Shown here: positions 58,066-60,539 of the stretch, one piece after another
How positions within the stretch are numbered: the stretch's first letter is position 1
Layout: every line of letters begins with the position of its first letter
Assembly (NCBI GenBank): GCA_041640295.1
Contig: JBEQAR010000001.1
Span: 82,453 to 142,991, forward strand
Length of the DNA: 60,539 nt
Reading direction: 5' to 3'
Source: a bacterium
GTDB lineage: Bacteria; Patescibacteriota; Minisyncoccia; UBA6257; HR35
Made by a program: the position numbers and the translations under genes
Notes under the pieces: model-generated
Seen by the model: the letters and a program-made list of their open reading frames with translations, nothing else
Database searches by the model: none
Told to the model about the DNA's origin: nothing

Positions 58066-59298
58066 TTAGATAAAATAAAAGGAAATAGCAGTAATTATCA
58101 TAATTAAAAAGGTAATAGCTAAAATAAAATTATTAAATTTCTTATTTTTATATTCACCCATTAAATTCTTATCAGCACTTAACCTTAGAATAAAAAAAAT
58201 TAAAATTGGCGATAAAAAACCATAAATTACGGCAGTATAAAATAAAAGCTTAATAGGCGATAATCCCCAAAAATTAAATATATTCGAAAGTAAAACAGAA
58301 AAAATAATAAAACTATAAAAAGGAATAGCTTCTTTAAATTTTTTATCTAAAGTAGCTGGCAAATTAAATATTTCAGCTAAAATATAAGCTGAACTACCAG
58401 CTAAAACAGGAATAGCAATCAAACCACTTCCTATAATTCCTAATGAAAAAAATATAAATGAATATTTGCCAACTAATGGCTCTAAAACTTTAATTAAATC
58501 ATCGATTGTTTTAATATCGTATATTCCTAAGGGATTTAAAATTAAGCCGGTTGTTAAAATTATAAAAAACATAATTAAATTGGAAATAAACATCCCTAAT
58601 AATGTATCAATCTTGGCTAATGATAATCTTTTTTTTAAATTGATATTTTTATTTTTGCGAATTTCCTCTAACTCTTCTTCTTCTTGCCAAAAAAATAAAT
58701 AAGGTGAAATAGTGGTCCCTAAAATAGCAATAAATATTAATAACCAATCTTTAGTTAGTTTTATCTTCGGAAAAAATATATTTTGAGCTACCTCAAACCA
58801 ATTGATATTAATTACAAAAATCAAAGCTAAATAAGAAAACAGAAAAATAACCAAAAACTTCATAAATTTAGCAAATTGCTGGTAGGGTAATATAATTATT
58901 ATTAAGCTTACAATTATTGAAATTAATAAAGAATAGAACCAAATTGGCACATAGGGAAAAAAATAATTCATTACCATTGCCAAAGCGCTAATATCAGCAG
59001 CTAAATTAAAACTATTAGCAAAAAACATTAAAAAAGCAATAACAAGCGCAATCTTTAATCCATAAAATTTTTTAATTAAATACACTAATCCTTTTTTAGT
59101 TACCAAAGCAATTCTAGCGCAAGCTTCCTGAACATAATACATTAAAGGCAAAGTGAAAAAAGGAGTCCAAATAAAATCTAAACCTCCCTTTGCTCCAGCA
59201 ATCGAATAAGTAACAATTCCTGAAGGATCATCATCACTCGCACCAGTAATTATTCCTGGTCCAATTTTCTCTCGAAAGAATTTTTTAAGCCTGTTCAA
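58066..59298 (-). CDS. NRAMP-family divalent metal transporter
   Basis: ..GPGIITGASDDDPSGIVTYSIAGAKGG.. signature and about 11 hydrophobic segments. Confidence 0.85.
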   Translation of the reverse strand: MNRLKKFFREKIGPGIITGASDDDPSGIVTYSIAGAKGGLDFIWTPFFTLPLMYYVQEACARIALVTKKGLVYLIKKFYGLKIALVIAFLMFFANSFNLAADISALAMVMNYFFPYVPIWFYSLLISIIVSLIIIILPYQQFAKFMKFLVIFLFSYLALIFVININWFEVAQNIFFPKIKLTKDWLLIFIAILGTTISPYLFFWQEEEELEEIRKNKNINLKKRLSLAKIDTLLGMFISNLIMFFIILTTGLILNPLGIYDIKTIDDLIKVLEPLVGKYSFIFFSLGIIGSGLIAIPVLAGSSAYILAEIFNLPATLDKKFKEAIPFYSFIIFSVLLSNIFNFWGLSPIKLLFYTAVIYGFLSPILIFFILRLSADKNLMGEYKNKKFNNFILAITFLIMIITAISFYFI

Positions 59299-59302
59299 TT
59301 TA

Positions 59303-59374
59303 TGGGTGCGGTAGGGATCGAACCTACGACCTCGTCTTTATCAGAGACGCGCTCTACCACTGAGCTACGCACCC
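59303..59374 (-). tRNA. tRNA-Ile (anticodon GAU)
   Basis: Acceptor GGGTGCG/CGCACCC, anticodon stem CGTCT/AGACG, loop CTGATAA, T-loop TTCGATC. No CCA. Confidence 0.9.
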
Positions 59375-59617
59375 TTCAATAATTTTTCTTTAAAAAATTT
59401 TTATTATATAAAAATTTTAACACAAATTTAATAATTTCCATATCTAAAATCAATAAACTTGACTAAATTATTATAATCTAGAAATTTAATTAAATCTAAA
59501 ATTTAATTATTTTTTATTTTTGAAATAAATCTTTAAATAGTTTCTTTGAATTTTAAATTATTTCGAAAGCTTAAAATATTAAAATTTATCTTTTTAACTT
59601 TTATTAGATTTAAGATT

Positions 59618-60539
59618 CTATTTCTGATTAAGCAAAAAATGAAGAAGAAGTAGAATATTCGCAAGCATATTATTATCAAATATATTCCTGCCTAAATTTG
59701 AAATATCTACATCAACTATATTAGAGCCAAACCTACTACCATCGCTATAAGTTGCTACTAATTGGAATCTATGTATAGGAGGGCTATAAACAGAAAAATC
59801 TAATTGCCAAGAAAAAGTACCTGTACCTCTTCTTAAAATACTTTCAATACTAGTTCTATATACGGCTCTAGTAGTTGTAGGAACACAATTTTGAGAAGCA
59901 TTTCTCATTGTACAATAATTAAGGCGGAATTCAACTATATCAGGATTAGTAATATCTACAGGTCTTTCCCAACTAAAGTTAAGAATTATCCGATTATTAT
60001 CCCTACTAACAAGATTAACTCTTAGATTACGAGGTGCTCTTCTTTCTGATATCGTTTCACCCGATTGAACACTGAAATTCACTGACCTTACTTCACTAAC
60101 TCGACCATCAGTAGAAGTAGCTATAACTTCAAATCTGTAATTACCAACAGGGAGATTGTTATATTGCTGAAAGCAATTAGTAGTATTAGAACAATTAAAC
60201 GAATTAACTTGTGTATTATTAGTAGTATTGATTATTCTGGCTGAGAAATTAGCTACTCGAGTTGTCTCAGCGCTAAATATAATATTTTCACCTATAAAAT
60301 ATTGTGTATTATTAGGAGGAGAAGAAATTCTAAGATTTAGATATTGTGGTTGAACAACACTGAAGTTAACTGACCTTATTTCACTAACTCGATCAGTAGA
60401 AGTAGCTCTAACTTCAAATCTGTAATTACCAACAGGAATATTATTATATTGCTGAGAGCAATTAGTAGTATTAGAACAATTAAACGAATTAACTTGTGTA
60501 TTATTAGTAGTATTGATTATTCTGGCTGAGAAATTAGCT
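59618..60539 (-). CDS. repeat-containing surface protein; the C-terminal part is in the window and the N-terminus lies beyond the right edge
   Basis: My translation stays open in-frame from 60538 to the stop at 59618 (..ANFSARIINTTNNTQVNSFNCSNTTNCSQQYNNIPVGNYRFEVRATSTD..). The track start at 60082 is only the first GTG in that frame. Confidence 0.6.
   Translation of the reverse strand, partial: ANFSARIINTTNNTQVNSFNCSNTTNCSQQYNNIPVGNYRFEVRATSTDRVSEIRSVNFSVVQPQYLNLRISSPPNNTQYFIGENIIFSAETTRVANFSARIINTTNNTQVNSFNCSNTTNCFQQYNNLPVGNYRFEVIATSTDGRVSEVRSVNFSVQSGETISERRAPRNLRVNLVSRDNNRIILNFSWERPVDITNPDIVEFRLNYCTMRNASQNCVPTTTRAVYRTSIESILRRGTGTFSWQLDFSVYSPPIHRFQLVATYSDGSRFGSNIVDVDISNLGRNIFDNNMLANILLLLHFLLNQK
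60065..60539. repeat. 285-nt (95-codon) in-frame tandem repeat, at least 1.7 copies, truncated by the window edge
   Basis: 60065-60254 aligns with 60350-60539. The terminal 82 nt (60173-60254 versus 60458-60539) are identical. Confidence 0.85.

Noticed and set aside
796-58702. Short ORFs in the track antisense to, or out of frame within, long genes: 796-987, 2657-2857, 19909-20115, 24993-25193, 25194-25397, 25372-25575, 28129-28332, 37068-37277, 38411-38608, 40627-40818, 44892-45080, 47376-47612, 47525-47758, 55923-56222, 58466-58702
   Set aside because: Each is fully embedded in a longer ORF with clear family motifs. Their low-complexity Phe/Leu/Ile/Lys-rich translations are what AT-rich antisense or off-frame strands produce.
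60065-60539. The tandem repeat as a diversity-generating retroelement TR/VR pair
   Set aside because: Differences between the copies on the coding strand include C/T, A/C, G/T, A/G and T/G changes and indels, so they are not adenine-specific. No reverse transcriptase gene is present in the window.
1-60539. CRISPR arrays, transposases, integrases, rRNA genes
   Set aside because: Reading both strands, I found no regularly spaced direct repeats, no IS-type inverted repeats flanking an ORF, no recombinase motifs and no rRNA-like GC-rich stretches.

Overview
This is an AT-rich window: hand counts of three 60-nt lines gave 14/60 and 15/60 G+C in the bulk, against 27/60 at the extreme left end. Genes are tightly packed and bacterial, with many overlapping stop/start codons (TAATG, ATGA-type) and almost no Shine-Dalgarno motifs. 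Gene content is bacterial housekeeping: rpoD, dnaG, dnaX, uL13/uS9, bL21, bL28, murG, ftsW, secF, secG, gatB, tmk, adk, map and gap. Several proteins are shortened (DnaX 366 aa, UvrC about 416 aa, PilB 416 aa). I infer a reduced-genome, CPR/Patescibacteria-like bacterium, but I cannot verify this without database searches.

Main blocks:
- Left edge to about 4.7 kb: a GC-rich partial gene followed by four proteins I cannot assign.
- rmlA, tRNA-Gly, tRNA-Ser and a DNPH1/Rcl-like N-hydrolase.
- A translationally coupled LysW amino-group-carrier operon (lysZ-lysJ-[Ntn amidohydrolase]-lysW-lysX-lysY). It contains no LysK-type release enzyme.
- A minus-strand block: tail-fibre-like secreted proteins, rmuC, a Dam-class methyltransferase, a putative restriction endonuclease and gap.
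- polX.
- Two separate alpha-glucan modules (GT4+GH57, and GT3 glycogen synthase + amylo-1,6-glucosidase).
- A type IV pilus operon (pilB, pilC, a giant pilin-like protein, a minor pilin, unknown anchored proteins, pilA).
- A DGQHR/ParB-like gene divergent from an intact reverse gyrase whose 3' end overlaps a SET-domain methyltransferase.
- Four tRNAs, none with an encoded CCA.
- A truncated surface-protein gene with 285-nt in-frame tandem repeats at the right edge.

Two genes are broken by a single extra base in A/T homopolymers, which may be assembly error. All product calls rest on motifs I recognise in the supplied translations. No searches were run.
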